Part shown: positions 8,298 through 19,936 of the stretch, in pieces | How the letters are laid out: each line of letters opens with the position of its first letter | Position numbering within the stretch: the stretch's first letter is position 1 | Origin: an uncultured euryarchaeote | GTDB taxonomy: Archaea; Thermoplasmatota; Poseidoniia; Poseidoniales; Poseidoniaceae | Direction of reading: 5' to 3' | NCBI GenBank assembly: GCA_964001175.1 | Contig: CAXFAS010000002.1 | Span: 66,780 to 130,779, forward strand | Length of the DNA stretch: 64,000 nt | Notes under the pieces: model-generated | Seen by the model: the letters and a program-made list of their open reading frames with translations, nothing else | Databases searched by the model: none | Told to the model about the DNA's origin: nothing | Made by a program: the position numbers and the translations under genes

Positions 8298-8684
8298 TCA
8301 TTTCATCTTTTTTAATCCTCTTTCTTGCAAGAATTCATTCCAACTTTCAGCATGTCCAGCGCCTAGTACCTTTGCAGCCTCATCACCCTCTGCACGTCTT
8401 CTCTTGAGTTCTGAAAGAGAATCTATTTCTTTTAATTCATCTAGAATCGATACGTAACCTTTCAAAGAAAGAAACTCAGGTGTGATTATCAGTAATAAAA
8501 TTCCAGATAAGACGCCAAAGCCTATTGCCGCACCTGTGAGGTCTCCCCATTCACTGCTATCCTGTAAGAATAATAGTTGGTATCCTGAGGCTAAAAATAG
8601 TAATAATGAGGCACCAAATCCAGTTGCACTCAACATTAGTTGCCTACCATGTTGTTTTTCCCAAATATCCGAAATTAAGCCCAT
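8298..8684 (-). CDS. small membrane protein, hypothetical
   Basis: 128 aa with two TM helices and a charged C-terminal helix. Sits 9 nt upstream of the signal peptidase gene on the same strand. Confidence 0.5.
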   Translation of the reverse strand: MGLISDIWEKQHGRQLMLSATGFGASLLLFLASGYQLLFLQDSSEWGDLTGAAIGFGVLSGILLLIITPEFLSLKGYVSILDELKEIDSLSELKRRRAEGDEAAKVLGAGHAESWNEFLQERGLKKMK

Positions 8685-8821
8685 AATGGTCCCCGCCTAA
8701 TCTAGCCACATGGGTTTTTATCTTTGACTTCTTTGATTGATTGTATTAACATTTAGGGGCATAATTGAATAGTAGTGTTTCCATCGCTAATTGTTAAGCG
8801 AGTGTTAATTGGGGCTAGACT

Positions 8822-11800
8822 ATGAATCGAGCAGTTTTTTTGGTATCATTATTTTTGTTATCAATCTCCTCACCATTGGCTGCAAGTTCCTATACTAATT
8901 CTCAATTCGACGACGGTTCGACATCTTTTGAACATGTATTTTCTTCATCTGGAGATGTTAATGCAGGTGAAATAACAATGCCTTATGGAGCAGATGTTAC
9001 TGAAGCATCGTTTACTTTCCGTGGTGAGGCTAGTCAAACTTCATGGATCAACTTTACATCTGATTCGGATTATGGCGGAACAGGAGATAATAATGGATAT
9101 ATTTCGGGCAATGTACCCAGCCCTTTCACCAGCGGATACAGATACTATCTAAATACTCAAAATCAAGGTATGGAGTTGCAGGGTAACCCTACAAATGTGG
9201 TAAATACATTATCTAGAACTGGTGATTTGGCATCCACTGGAAGTGCCATACACAATACAACTGGACAATTTGCAGCTTTAAGTGATCAAGGATATAATTC
9301 ATTATCATTAAAATATCCAGATTTCACTGTTAGTAGTTCTGCTTCTTGGGGCTATGTAGGAGTAGTACTGTTGTATGAGGATGAATATTTTGTTCTAAAG
9401 TACACTTCTAGTTATCCTAGTCAACAACCTACAATTTTACGAATCAATTCTACAACAGGTGCATACATAGGGACTGCAAGTATGAACACAGGTTCTTGTT
9501 CAGCAACTTCTACCAATTCACTTTTTTACAATATTTATGATGCAACAGTTTACGATGGTTCTATTTGGACTGTTCACTATACTTATTACACAGTCAACAA
9601 ATGGTCTGTAACAAAAACTGCAACTTCTTTATCTTGGAATTGTCAGAATACTTGGTATTCAAACGCTCAAGGATATATCAACGGAGTAGATTTTGACGAT
9701 AATACAGGAAAAATGTATCTTTCAACTTATAGTTATCAATCTGCAGATCATTATTTGCATGAGGTAGATTCAACCAATCCAACTTTGATTAATGGGACTT
9801 GGTCAATTGGTTCTGCTGCAGGAATAAAGAGCAGCTATGGGGCTGGTTTAGTTGTCAATTTACCGACCATAATCTATAATGAATACGATAGGTCAACATC
9901 AGGATACCCTAGCAGGCATTATTTCTTCAATTTCAATGGTATTTCCCCCATTTTAATGGGTTCAGAATCATTATCCAGTAGAGGCCATTATGGTCTAACT
10001 GATTCAGATGATGGAAGAATTCTATTTGTCTGCCATTACACTAGTTATTGTAGTAGTTCTTCAAGGAAAATCCATAGTTATGGTGATGGAACTGTAGAAT
10101 ATACCAATCCTACTACGCTTTCTTCTGAGATTATATCAGGCAGGACCCAAACGCTTTCCGCTTCAATTGATACAATGACACTGAAGAGTTTGGTTGGATA
10201 TATTCCAAGTGGTACTAATTTAGAAATTGAGTTATCAAATGACGGGGGTATGAACTGGGTTGGTGCATATGTAGGCCAATTAATTCAATTTCCTCAACTG
10301 GGTAATACTATTGATTGGAGAGTAGAATTAACTGCTTCAAATGGAGTTTCTCCGATTTTAGATTCAGTAGGAATTGAATATGTTGCAACTTATAGAACCA
10401 GTGGGTATTTTTATGCATACCAATATGTTGGTTCTGGTACATCATCAACAGTTGCTGCAACCTTAGACTGGTCAGGTTCAACCCCTACGGGTACCAATAT
10501 CCAAGTTAGTTTTGGAGCAGCCTCTTCTTCCTCATCTTGCTCATCCAGTTCATCAGGTGTCCAAACCTGGACAAAAACAGAATCAGGAGTCACAAAGCCA
10601 ATTTCTGGTTCAAGTTATTACCTATGTGTAAGAATTCAATTGACAACTTCTAATTCTGCAGTTACTCCATACATTACTGATTTGACAATTGCTCAACATT
10701 CGAATGCCCCATCTGAACCAGCACTACATATTGGTGGAGTTGAAGTTTGGAAAAGACTATCCAGTGAAGGGGCTTTGGTTGGAACCCAAAATGTGAGGAC
10801 TTCCGACGCGTCTAGTAGCATTATTTCTACATTGAATAATTTAATTCCCGATACTGGTTCTGGTATGTCTGTGATTCCTATTAATATCTCTTCTGAAAGT
10901 TCAGGGTTATTGTCTCTAGAACAATTCTCTATAACATATATCATGAGAACTGTAAATTTAGATATCGAGTTTGATGAACAAGAAGTACTTCATCCGAGAG
11001 TCGAGCCATACGAAGTTGTTACTAGACATATCATTGGGGAACAAGCAAGTCAAATGAATAGGGCAGAATTGACACTTCTTACTGATGTTGGATCAAATCC
11101 TGTATTAGAGTGGGAAAATGGAGATATTTTTCCGCCACCAAATGACCCTGATAATTATATTGAATTAGATCAGAGTTCTTGGTCTTCAACCAATAATGGA
11201 ATATTAGAGATTCATTGGAGATTTTCTGTAAATAGTGATTTCCCTGAGCAAGATGAAGTTAGGTTCAAAGCAGATTGTACTGATAACAGTGGAACAGATG
11301 GTTTTTCTCCGGTAGATTTGATTTCTAATGAAGCTGTATCAGTCAACCATTCCTATGGATTGGGATGGCTTAAGGTTAGAGATAATTCAGGATTAGTTGT
11401 ATCTGATGATGTACCTGATAATTCATGGATTGCAGGAGGGGAAACTGTCTTTTTCCAAGGTGCAATGTGGTATGTTGGAACTGAAGATGCTCCACTTGAC
11501 AATATGTTTGATGTTAGAGTCTCCAGAGAAGGATGGGTTGAAAGTAATGCTAGAGATACCAACAATAACAATGGAACTTTCTTTATTCCAATTACTATGC
11601 CTAATACTGACAAACCCGATGGATACACATTTGAAGTTCAAAACTTCAATGAAGTAAATCCTTCATTATCCATTCTTCCTAATAGCGACTGGTTTAGGAC
11701 CTTCAAAGTTGATGCGACTGCGCCTCTAAAGATTGACACAAGTCCTAAGGATGAAAGTTATGAAGCAGCAAATTATAATCAAGAAGTAAGGGTTTTGGTT

Positions 11801-13894
11801 AAAGACCAAGTTGGAAGTCCAATGGCTTTGACTCTAAATTATTGGGTTGAAGCAGACCATGATTTGAATAGAAATGGACAAGCAGAACTGGAAGAGTATG
11901 CAAAGATAGTAGTTGAGAACTATACCGATGCACCAAATAAATGGTTTGAAGCAGAAATTGATCATTCACGCAATCCTAACATGGGCAGAGTTTCTTACTT
12001 TTGGGATGGACATGATTTGGCAGGTAATTCGATGTATAGTGAATTTCAAGATTCCAATGGCGATACTCAAACTTATCAAACCTCATTCGGCTTCGATTAT
12101 GATGATGCGACATTCATAACAAGAAAAGATTCTGTTGCGGTATTTACTGGACTTGAATGGTTTGGTCATCAAGATGAACAACCTGTATATGCTGGAAAGA
12201 CACAGAAGATTTCATTTGGCTTTGTCGATGAAAATACAGTTATTGATTTCGAGCATATTTCGTTAGTATTTGATTTCGAAGGTCCAAACCCGATTAATGA
12301 TGCGCAAAGAATTTCTTATTCTGGCTTAAATGATACATTTTGGTCTGAAAGTCAATATCTAACTATTTTACCTTCCAGTAAAATGACACAGACTATCAAT
12401 TCATCTGGGTTGCCACTTATTTTAATTGACTTCATATTCAAGTTTGAATGGGATTGGCCAGATGAAGAAATGAGTGATTTAGTTCTGTTATTCAAAGAGA
12501 GAGGTTCTGAGATGGATACTCAAATTTTACTTATCGAACATACCTTCAAAGTTGAAAATGATTTAGTAATCGCTCCATCCGATTATTCTGTTTCGGATGT
12601 AAGTGAGCCTAGAGTTGGGGAAATTGCCGATGGAACTAGGGTTAGGAATGATGACCGCTTATCTTTCAGTGGTAGAGTTGTTTATGAAGGAAGTAATATC
12701 CCGATTCCTAGAGATATTGGTATCTTAGTTGAAGTCTTTGATGGTGAATTGATATGGAGCGATGGTTCATTGGGTGATGGTGGTGAGTTCTTAGTAGAAG
12801 TACCTCTTTCCTCCGCCCAATCTTTACAATCCTCTCCATCCCGTACATGTTTAATTTCTATTACCAACATACCAGGTGAAGGCGAAGATATGTCGAATCA
12901 ACTTGTTTCTACCACTCTACAAGTTATTGTTGATGATTCGTCTCCACGAGTAGTTCGTAGAATATCCCCGTTGAATGTTATCGACATATCACTTAATACT
13001 GATTTGACTAGTGTCCCAGTAGAATTTTCTGGGACTGAGGATGCTGATTTGACAGGTTCAATTCAAACTGTTCATTGGATAATGAAGGATTCTAGTAAAA
13101 CCATAACAATTGGTTCAGGTTCTACAATTTTAGGAATGCAGCAAGACGGACAAAATGTGATTTGGTCTGGGAATTTAGATTTAACAGATAATGGCAGAAT
13201 TATACCTAGGTCCGGAGATTTCGTTGGTTTCTATCTCACTGGATGGGATGCTGCCGGCAATCAATTCCCAGAAGTTTCGAATTCAGAAGCTAGTCCAATT
13301 CCAGAATTAGCACTAGATGATACTGATTTTGAACGGCAGTGGGTTAGACTTGGTAGTTTAGGACCAGAACTTAGCATTGAGAGTATCTCATTATCTGATG
13401 ATCACGTATCTCCAAATACCAAGGTAGAAATTGAAGTAATTATTCTCAACAAAGGTGGTTCCACAGATTCACCCTTCAAGGTTGCATTCTTTGCCGGAGA
13501 TACTGAAAAACCATTTGAAACAATTAATATTGCTGGAATTGGAGAAAATGAGAGGGTAATTGTATCAACCATATGGAAGGCTGAAGAAGTCGACAGAGTG
13601 AGAGTCGTGGTAGATTATGAAAATTTCATTATTGAAGTTAATGATGCCGACAATAGTGCTGAACACTCTATTGATGTTGCTTATTCAAAATACTTCGGTT
13701 GGATTGACGCCCCTAGAGAAAACCCACTAACTTGGATTTTTATTATCTTGACTTTAATCACTGTGACAGTAGTAATTTCTATTGCATCAAAAACCTCTCT
13801 TGACTTTTCAGATGGGGCGCTACAAGAAGACTATGGATGGGAAAATGAAGAGGATGAAGAAGATCTTGATGATTTAGAACATGAAGATTACTGA
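8822..13894 (+). CDS. giant secreted, C-terminally membrane-anchored surface protein (1690 aa) with CARDB-like domain
   Basis: Signal peptide MNRAVFLVSLFLLSISSPLAA|SS. CARDB-like segment LSIESISLSDDHVSPNTKVEIEVIILNKGG. C-terminal TM WIFIILTLITVTVVISIA plus acidic tail ENEEDEEDLDDLEHEDY. Confidence 0.8.
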   Translation: MNRAVFLVSLFLLSISSPLAASSYTNSQFDDGSTSFEHVFSSSGDVNAGEITMPYGADVTEASFTFRGEASQTSWINFTSDSDYGGTGDNNGYISGNVPSPFTSGYRYYLNTQNQGMELQGNPTNVVNTLSRTGDLASTGSAIHNTTGQFAALSDQGYNSLSLKYPDFTVSSSASWGYVGVVLLYEDEYFVLKYTSSYPSQQPTILRINSTTGAYIGTASMNTGSCSATSTNSLFYNIYDATVYDGSIWTVHYTYYTVNKWSVTKTATSLSWNCQNTWYSNAQGYINGVDFDDNTGKMYLSTYSYQSADHYLHEVDSTNPTLINGTWSIGSAAGIKSSYGAGLVVNLPTIIYNEYDRSTSGYPSRHYFFNFNGISPILMGSESLSSRGHYGLTDSDDGRILFVCHYTSYCSSSSRKIHSYGDGTVEYTNPTTLSSEIISGRTQTLSASIDTMTLKSLVGYIPSGTNLEIELSNDGGMNWVGAYVGQLIQFPQLGNTIDWRVELTASNGVSPILDSVGIEYVATYRTSGYFYAYQYVGSGTSSTVAATLDWSGSTPTGTNIQVSFGAASSSSSCSSSSSGVQTWTKTESGVTKPISGSSYYLCVRIQLTTSNSAVTPYITDLTIAQHSNAPSEPALHIGGVEVWKRLSSEGALVGTQNVRTSDASSSIISTLNNLIPDTGSGMSVIPINISSESSGLLSLEQFSITYIMRTVNLDIEFDEQEVLHPRVEPYEVVTRHIIGEQASQMNRAELTLLTDVGSNPVLEWENGDIFPPPNDPDNYIELDQSSWSSTNNGILEIHWRFSVNSDFPEQDEVRFKADCTDNSGTDGFSPVDLISNEAVSVNHSYGLGWLKVRDNSGLVVSDDVPDNSWIAGGETVFFQGAMWYVGTEDAPLDNMFDVRVSREGWVESNARDTNNNNGTFFIPITMPNTDKPDGYTFEVQNFNEVNPSLSILPNSDWFRTFKVDATAPLKIDTSPKDESYEAANYNQEVRVLVKDQVGSPMALTLNYWVEADHDLNRNGQAELEEYAKIVVENYTDAPNKWFEAEIDHSRNPNMGRVSYFWDGHDLAGNSMYSEFQDSNGDTQTYQTSFGFDYDDATFITRKDSVAVFTGLEWFGHQDEQPVYAGKTQKISFGFVDENTVIDFEHISLVFDFEGPNPINDAQRISYSGLNDTFWSESQYLTILPSSKMTQTINSSGLPLILIDFIFKFEWDWPDEEMSDLVLLFKERGSEMDTQILLIEHTFKVENDLVIAPSDYSVSDVSEPRVGEIADGTRVRNDDRLSFSGRVVYEGSNIPIPRDIGILVEVFDGELIWSDGSLGDGGEFLVEVPLSSAQSLQSSPSRTCLISITNIPGEGEDMSNQLVSTTLQVIVDDSSPRVVRRISPLNVIDISLNTDLTSVPVEFSGTEDADLTGSIQTVHWIMKDSSKTITIGSGSTILGMQQDGQNVIWSGNLDLTDNGRIIPRSGDFVGFYLTGWDAAGNQFPEVSNSEASPIPELALDDTDFERQWVRLGSLGPELSIESISLSDDHVSPNTKVEIEVIILNKGGSTDSPFKVAFFAGDTEKPFETINIAGIGENERVIVSTIWKAEEVDRVRVVVDYENFIIEVNDADNSAEHSIDVAYSKYFGWIDAPRENPLTWIFIILTLITVTVVISIASKTSLDFSDGALQEDYGWENEEDEEDLDDLEHEDY

Positions 13895-13970
13895 CCCTTT
13901 TTTGAATGATGATTACTACAAATCCTCAAAAGTGGTAGGCTAAAGGATACTACACAGGGGTGGGGAGAGT

Positions 13971-16900
13971 ATGTCAAATGTATTTTCTCTGCTTAATTCA
14001 AAACTTCACAATTGTCTAGATGAAAAAGGATGGAATGCTACACCGATTCAGGAACTTTCTATCCCCGAAATAATTGCTGGAAAAGATAGATTATTGATTG
14101 CACCAACAGGTTCAGGAAAAACTCTCTCTGCAGTTTTACCAATTATTCATAGGTGTTTAGAAGAAAATTGGGAGCCACTAGCAGTTCTTTACATAACGCC
14201 ATTAAGGGCTTTGAATAGAGATATAGATCGCAGACTTAATGAAATTGCTGAATCAGTTGGACTGAAAGTTGGAATTAGACACGGCGATACTACTCAAAGT
14301 GAGAGAACACGTCAGACTCGTAAACCACCTCATATTCTAGTGACAACTCCAGAAACATTTCAATTGATGTTCACTGGTAAGAATTTGAGAGAATTACTCA
14401 AAACGGTTAGGGCAGTAATTATTGATGAAGTTCATGATTTGGCTGCCAGTGAGAGAGGTTGGCAACTTTCAATTGGACTTTCAAGACTAGAAGCTCTATC
14501 CGGTAGAAAGGTTCAGAGAATAGGATTATCAGCAACAGTTGGCAATCCAGAAGATGTTTCAAAGTGGCTTTCCAGCGAAAATGGAGAACCTATTATTGCG
14601 ACAGGGCAGAGGACCACAGAATTAATTGTTGATACTTCTTTACCTATAGCAGAAGATGAAGTTGGTGGGATTGAGTTATCTTTGCCACCTAGGGCTCATG
14701 CAACATTTAGAGAGATGGTGGAAATAATCAGAGAAAGTCCTCCATGTTTACTTTTTGTGAATAGTCGTAATGACGCTGAAACCATTGCCAATAGATTGCA
14801 AAAGATGGCTCCTGATGTGAAGATTGGAGTTCATCATGGTTCATTAGCAACACAGACTAGAGTTGAGATGGAAGAACAACTTAGGACTGGAGAGATTTCA
14901 GGTTTGGTTTGTACATCTAGTCTCGAGTTGGGCATTGATGTTGGAAAAATAAGCCGTATAATTCAGATAAAGAGCCCACGTTCAGTTGATCGAATGTTAC
15001 AACGTGTCGGTAGAGCAGATCATCGTTTAGGAGGTATTGGAGTAGGAAATATCCTCGCTTGGGATTGTGATGAAATATCGGAATCAGCAGTTATCGCAGA
15101 ACGTGCAATGAAACAAGAGATAGAACCGGTAGAATGGAGGAAATCCCCCAAGGCAGTTGTAGCAAATCAGTTGGTAATGATGGCTCATTCTTTTGGTGCG
15201 TTTCCCATTGAAGAGGCTACTGAAATTCTATCTAATACTAATCAATTCAAGGATTGGACTAGGGAAAAAACCGAATCAATTCTAACTGTCCTTTCTGATG
15301 GATGGATTCTAAGGTTTACATCTAAACCAGAAGAATTACCATGGTATAGATGGCCTAAAGCAGTATATGAATTGGCTAGGCTTGAGAGCAAGCAACATTC
15401 ATTACCTGACGAAAGACCTTTATTTTCTATTCCCGATGAAGAAATAAGTGATGAAATTAAGAAAATCAAAGTCAAGGTCCCAAAAAGGTTCCAAAAAGGT
15501 TGGTTTTCTACTGCTGGAAGAACAAGACAATGGGTGACAAATCATCTTTCAATGATTCCAGATAAACAATCATACTTAGTTAGAGATAGTGTAACCAGGA
15601 AAAGTATTGGTTCAGTAGATGAAGCATTTGTTCTTTCATTAAATGACTCAGGTGAAGATGAAGATGGAACTACTCGCAGATTTGTAATAGCCGGAAGAAC
15701 ATGGATGATAATAGACGCAGATCCTGAGAAATCAGAGTTACTTGTAGTTCCAGTTTCAGATCAAGCAAAGGCTCCTCAGTGGGTTGGAGAATTGCCACCA
15801 GTACCTCCAGATATTGCTAGAGACATTGGTCGGTTGAGGGGCATAATTGCCGAAGACTTGGGAATCGATCTAAATGAGAACGATATCTCCAAAGATGAAA
15901 TTGATACAACGCAAATTTTCGATAGAAGAAAAACTCAGATATCGGATTACCCGCTAAATCAATACGCTTTAGGAATGCTAAGTGAAGAGATAGGTAACCA
16001 TGTTTCTGTAACGGGTAGTTTACCTACCGATAGAACAATTACAATTGAGGAAAGAAATGATGCAATAATAGTAAATTCATGCCATGGTTCGAAAATTAAT
16101 GAAACACTAGGTCATTTAATTTTGGCAATGGCATCTACCAAATCGGGACATTGGGGTAGGTTAATTGTTGAACCGACAAGAATTGGTTTACAAGCAAGTC
16201 AAGTCAAGGCAGAGGATATTGTAGGGTGGCTTAGAAATACCCCTCCAGAGGCATTAGAAGGATTGTTGAGTGTAACACTGCCTAATTCTAGACAGGTAAG
16301 GTGGAGATTTGCACAAGTTGCAAAAACATTTGGGATTCTTAGACACGGAGTAGATCCAAGAAAAATAAATCTTCAAGCACTACTCAAAAAATACCGAGGT
16401 ACTATAGTCATGGAAGAGGTTTTGGAAAAATTATTTTTTGAAAGAATGGACATCGATGGTTCGAAAGATGTGTTAAATGCAATTCAAAAAGATATCATTC
16501 AAATTGAGTTGACTCCTTCAGGGCCATTAGGGATTTCGAGACGCTCAAGCAGAGATCTGTTACTGCCTAATTGGGATAATGCTGCAGTTAGAGAAAAATT
16601 GAAGCTACGTTTAACCAATGAAAGAGCCGTTCTTAGTTGCTTAAAATGTAAGGCTAAAAAGCGATTTAGAGTTGCTAGATATCCCGATTTAAATGATAAG
16701 AATATTTGTCTAAAATGTAAAGGTACAATGCTTGCTTGTTCTAGAGAAGGAATAGAAAAAATGCTCGATTCATGGATTAATTCTGAAGATGAGGCGGATC
16801 AAGTTAGAATGGTTAAGAATGCAGAACTCATACAAAATCGAGGTTATGAAGGAATACTTTGCTTAATGGCACGAGGAGTGGGAGAAGCAACAGCACAACG

Positions 16901-17000
16901 TATTTTGAGGAAGGTTCAGAGAAATGATATTGATGGTTTGTTAAAAGCAATTCATAATGCTGAAATCGAATATGCTAGGACAAGAAGATTCTGGGGTTAG
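13971..17000 (+). CDS. lhr: Lhr-family ATP-dependent DEAD/DEAH-box helicase
   Basis: APTGSGKT (motif I), DEVH (motif II), [26 protein letters not shown]. About 500 aa of Lhr-type C-terminal region with a CLKCK...CLKCKG zinc ribbon. Confidence 0.85.
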   Translation: MSNVFSLLNSKLHNCLDEKGWNATPIQELSIPEIIAGKDRLLIAPTGSGKTLSAVLPIIHRCLEENWEPLAVLYITPLRALNRDIDRRLNEIAESVGLKVGIRHGDTTQSERTRQTRKPPHILVTTPETFQLMFTGKNLRELLKTVRAVIIDEVHDLAASERGWQLSIGLSRLEALSGRKVQRIGLSATVGNPEDVSKWLSSENGEPIIATGQRTTELIVDTSLPIAEDEVGGIELSLPPRAHATFREMVEIIRESPPCLLFVNSRNDAETIANRLQKMAPDVKIGVHHGSLATQTRVEMEEQLRTGEISGLVCTSSLELGIDVGKISRIIQIKSPRSVDRMLQRVGRADHRLGGIGVGNILAWDCDEISESAVIAERAMKQEIEPVEWRKSPKAVVANQLVMMAHSFGAFPIEEATEILSNTNQFKDWTREKTESILTVLSDGWILRFTSKPEELPWYRWPKAVYELARLESKQHSLPDERPLFSIPDEEISDEIKKIKVKVPKRFQKGWFSTAGRTRQWVTNHLSMIPDKQSYLVRDSVTRKSIGSVDEAFVLSLNDSGEDEDGTTRRFVIAGRTWMIIDADPEKSELLVVPVSDQAKAPQWVGELPPVPPDIARDIGRLRGIIAEDLGIDLNENDISKDEIDTTQIFDRRKTQISDYPLNQYALGMLSEEIGNHVSVTGSLPTDRTITIEERNDAIIVNSCHGSKINETLGHLILAMASTKSGHWGRLIVEPTRIGLQASQVKAEDIVGWLRNTPPEALEGLLSVTLPNSRQVRWRFAQVAKTFGILRHGVDPRKINLQALLKKYRGTIVMEEVLEKLFFERMDIDGSKDVLNAIQKDIIQIELTPSGPLGISRRSSRDLLLPNWDNAAVREKLKLRLTNERAVLSCLKCKAKKRFRVARYPDLNDKNICLKCKGTMLACSREGIEKMLDSWINSEDEADQVRMVKNAELIQNRGYEGILCLMARGVGEATAQRILRKVQRNDIDGLLKAIHNAEIEYARTRRFWG

Positions 17001-18064
17001 TTAGCCGAATTTTGTAAATTTATTCTTTCTGCTGCTTCAACAACGTCTCCTTCCTGCCACCAATCAACAGCGATAAATGTCGGCCTCTTACCATGTTGAT
17101 TCCAACATTCGTTCGCCCTTTCTACCAAGAAATCAACATCATTTGCTTCATCTGCTTGAGTAGGGTCTGCGAGTCCAACAGCATTACTTAGCCAATTATT
17201 CATATGGTAAACTTGTTGGTTTCCGTCACCTCTAAGAACATCACAGTTCATTTCAGAAGTACTCCTTTCACCGAAATTTGTTGTCCAGCTGTGTGTTAAG
17301 AAATCATGTATCCAAGGATGATTTGAATCACTCCCCTGCTCCCAAAAAATAACTACATTTGTTTTTTGATCAATCATCGATTGTAGAGTAGGCCAAGGTT
17401 CATTCATCTCATGAATGAAAACCTTGTCCATAATTCCTGAATCAATAAAAACCTGTTCTAAATGTTCGGGCTGTACATAATTTTCAACCAATATTGTTAC
17501 CACATCTTGAGGTTCAGATTCAATTTTATCATTAAGACTTGAAAGCCAGTCAACTGCACTAACATTGCCGTAATGACAAGGGCTTGCGCCTCTGGAATCA
17601 TCACCATGACAAAGCTTGACTTTACCTTCAGTCTCGTCATTCAGAGTCTCATAATGTGTATCTATCATAAAAGCCCTAATTCCTGCCTGCCATTGTGGGT
17701 TTAGACCTGTCCGATGATTACTTGCAGGGTAAAATATGCCATCATCTTCTGTTGCAAATGCATTATGTGTTTCAGGGAATGTTACATTATCATATGTCCT
17801 TAGACAGAGAATCAACATTCCATTACATGGTTTAGTGGGTTCCGGCTCCGGTTCGGGCTCTGGTTCTGGCTCCGGTTCGGGCTCTGGTTCTGGCTCCGGT
17901 TCGGGCTCTGGTTCTGGCTCTGGTTCGGGCTCAGGTTCAGGCTCAGTGTCAATGGTTGAATCATCATTTTCAGATTGATTTTTTCCAAGAGGGTCGGTAG
18001 GATCAATACAGCCCGAGAGTAACATGAGTAAGACAACTAGTAGAGTATTGAGTGTCCGGCCCAT
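16997..18064 (-). CDS. lipoprotein with (Glu-Pro)18 stalk and PLC-like phosphodiesterase (PI-PLC X-domain-like) catalytic domain
   Basis: Lipobox LLSGC after a signal peptide, then (EP)18. [24 protein letters not shown]...[15 protein letters not shown] resembles PI-PLC-X-like phosphodiesterases. Confidence 0.6.
   Translation of the reverse strand: MGRTLNTLLVVLLMLLSGCIDPTDPLGKNQSENDDSTIDTEPEPEPEPEPEPEPEPEPEPEPEPEPEPEPEPEPEPTKPCNGMLILCLRTYDNVTFPETHNAFATEDDGIFYPASNHRTGLNPQWQAGIRAFMIDTHYETLNDETEGKVKLCHGDDSRGASPCHYGNVSAVDWLSSLNDKIESEPQDVVTILVENYVQPEHLEQVFIDSGIMDKVFIHEMNEPWPTLQSMIDQKTNVVIFWEQGSDSNHPWIHDFLTHSWTTNFGERSTSEMNCDVLRGDGNQQVYHMNNWLSNAVGLADPTQADEANDVDFLVERANECWNQHGKRPTFIAVDWWQEGDVVEAAERINLQNSAN
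17837..17944 (-). repeat. in-frame tandem repeat: 18 x 6 bp (GAR CCN = Glu-Pro), with an exact 24-bp unit repeated three times
   Basis: Plus strand reads ggYtcN x18. GGCTCCGGTTCGGGCTCTGGTTCT occurs at 17843, 17867 and 17891. Confidence 0.95.
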
Positions 18065-18101
18065 GCACCTGCGATGATAATATAAGACATCAAATCAGCG
18101 G

Positions 18102-18545
18102 TCAAGAATCAACAGTTCTAACTGAAAGACCCGCTTCATTAATCATTGAGTTTGAAATATTAAAATCTTCAATCCACCTATCAGGGATTTTTCCGGGATT
18201 TGGATAGACAATTTCTTTTATTCCGGCTTGAATTAATGATCTAGCACAACGGGTGCATGGTGGCCAAGTTACATATGCAGTACTGCCCTTTAGTGATACA
18301 CCAATTCTTGCAGCATGCATAATTGCGTTTTCTTCGGCGTGACAAATCAATGGATATTTTTGTTCTCTATCAAGTAATCTTTCTTCATCATCTTTTATGC
18401 CTCGAGGAAATCCATTAAATCCAGTAGATCGAATTTCTCTGTCCTCTCCCACAACTACACATCCAACTTTTGTTGAGGGGTCTTTACTCCAATTAGCAAT
18501 ATGCTTGGCAAGTTCAATAAATCGTTGGTCCCATTTAACACTCAT
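18102..18545 (-). CDS. deoxycytidylate (dCMP) deaminase
   Basis: HAEENAI and PCTRCA zinc motifs, 147 aa. GGTGAGG lies just upstream of the ATG at 18545; the longer ORF starts at a GTG at 18560. Confidence 0.85.
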   Translation of the reverse strand: MSVKWDQRFIELAKHIANWSKDPSTKVGCVVVGEDREIRSTGFNGFPRGIKDDEERLLDREQKYPLICHAEENAIMHAARIGVSLKGSTAYVTWPPCTRCARSLIQAGIKEIVYPNPGKIPDRWIEDFNISNSMINEAGLSVRTVDS

Positions 18546-18579
18546 ACCCTCACCAAACACCTTACGAGGCCTTTACCTA

Positions 18580-19875
18580 TCATTGCTTCGGCAAAAGAGA
18601 AAGTTGTTCATCGCCATCTAATTCTAGGTATTGTAGAATATTTCCTTGAAGATATAGGGAACCAAGGCTTACAATTAGTCCATTTTCTGAAAGATCATTA
18701 GACCCAAGGAATTCTAGTGTTGATTGTACTTGTTCAAATTCAAATACATTCTTTGTAGGCCAACTAAAGCCACCTAAGATGTCTAAATCGACACCAGGAT
18801 ATCTACCGCCATGGGGCTTAGTTAAGCAAATTTTACAGGGTTCAATTTCATTACATAATCTAAAAATTAAATCCATCATCAAGTCTAATTCTTTTTGTGG
18901 CGAAGTGCCAAAAATTAGAGTCCACTTTAATTTTCCATCTATTACAGGAGCGGAAGATCTGATTATTTGTGTTAGTTCTGGCAGAATTCTTGCCAGCCCT
19001 GAAGGGTTATGGGCAGCATCAAGTAAATATGAATTTGAATTATGATTGAACTGTTGCAGCCTGGCAGGCCAATTCAACAAACTATCTGCATTTTCTAGCA
19101 TATTATTTGGTAGATTAATCGCAAGTAATACTTCATTAGCTAAAATTAGAGCTTCTTCACGAGTAGAAATACTATCAGGGATTTCGATAAATTTGGGTAA
19201 TGCAGGGAGTTTCTGCTCGTTCAAGTTGAAATTACCAGCATTTTGAGACTCATTTGATACCGCATTTCTAAATTCTTCATCATCCATATCTCTTACTATT
19301 ATCGGTTTGTTTGGCCTTGCAATAGCGGCCTTTTCTGATGCGATATCACCAATATTGTCTCCTAGAATATCAGTATGTTCAAGCGTTATAGATGTAAGAA
19401 GGCAAATATCAGCAGGAACACAACGTGTGGCATCTAATCTTCCTCCAAGCCCTGTTTCTAAAATTATTACTTCAACTTCAGATTTAAATGCACAAACCAA
19501 GGATACTAGAAATGTCACCTCAAAGAAGGTAAGATTAATCATATCTGACTTCTTTTCACCCACCGACAAACGATAAATTTGATTTAGTCCATAATCAAAT
19601 TCCTCTTTTGAAATAGGTTTACAGTTTATTCTAACTCTTTCTTCGACGCGTGATACATGAGGGGAAGTAAACATCAAGTTAGAGCATCCTGAAAGGGTGA
19701 GAGATGCAGACATTAGAGCGCATGCAGTGCCTTTACCATTACTTCCTGCGACATGTATTATCTTCTTGGTACGGAAATCTAAGTTTAACCTTTCAACCAT
19801 GGAAAAGGTATTTTTCAAATCTAGAGACATACCATTTTGCTTAGTCATTTCTAACCACCCCCTGATATCAGACAT
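18580..19875 (-). CDS. folC: folylpolyglutamate synthase / dihydrofolate synthase (Mur ligase family)
   Basis: HVAGSNGKGT P-loop, ETGLGGRLD, and LDAAHNP in the C-terminal domain. Confidence 0.85.
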   Translation of the reverse strand: MSDIRGWLEMTKQNGMSLDLKNTFSMVERLNLDFRTKKIIHVAGSNGKGTACALMSASLTLSGCSNLMFTSPHVSRVEERVRINCKPISKEEFDYGLNQIYRLSVGEKKSDMINLTFFEVTFLVSLVCAFKSEVEVIILETGLGGRLDATRCVPADICLLTSITLEHTDILGDNIGDIASEKAAIARPNKPIIVRDMDDEEFRNAVSNESQNAGNFNLNEQKLPALPKFIEIPDSISTREEALILANEVLLAINLPNNMLENADSLLNWPARLQQFNHNSNSYLLDAAHNPSGLARILPELTQIIRSSAPVIDGKLKWTLIFGTSPQKELDLMMDLIFRLCNEIEPCKICLTKPHGGRYPGVDLDILGGFSWPTKNVFEFEQVQSTLEFLGSNDLSENGLIVSLGSLYLQGNILQYLELDGDEQLSLLPKQ

Positions 19876-19936
19876 ATTCGCTCAAATTAGTCCATTCAGT
19901 TTTATTCAATAGCACCTCCGATTATATCGATTTATT

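Noticed and set aside
17736-18036. (Gly-Ser)n ORF on the plus strand and an (SPNQ)n ORF on the minus strand across the repeat
   Set aside because: These are alternative frames of the hexamer array. Only the Glu-Pro frame is continuous with the signal peptide/lipobox upstream and the phosphodiesterase domain downstream.
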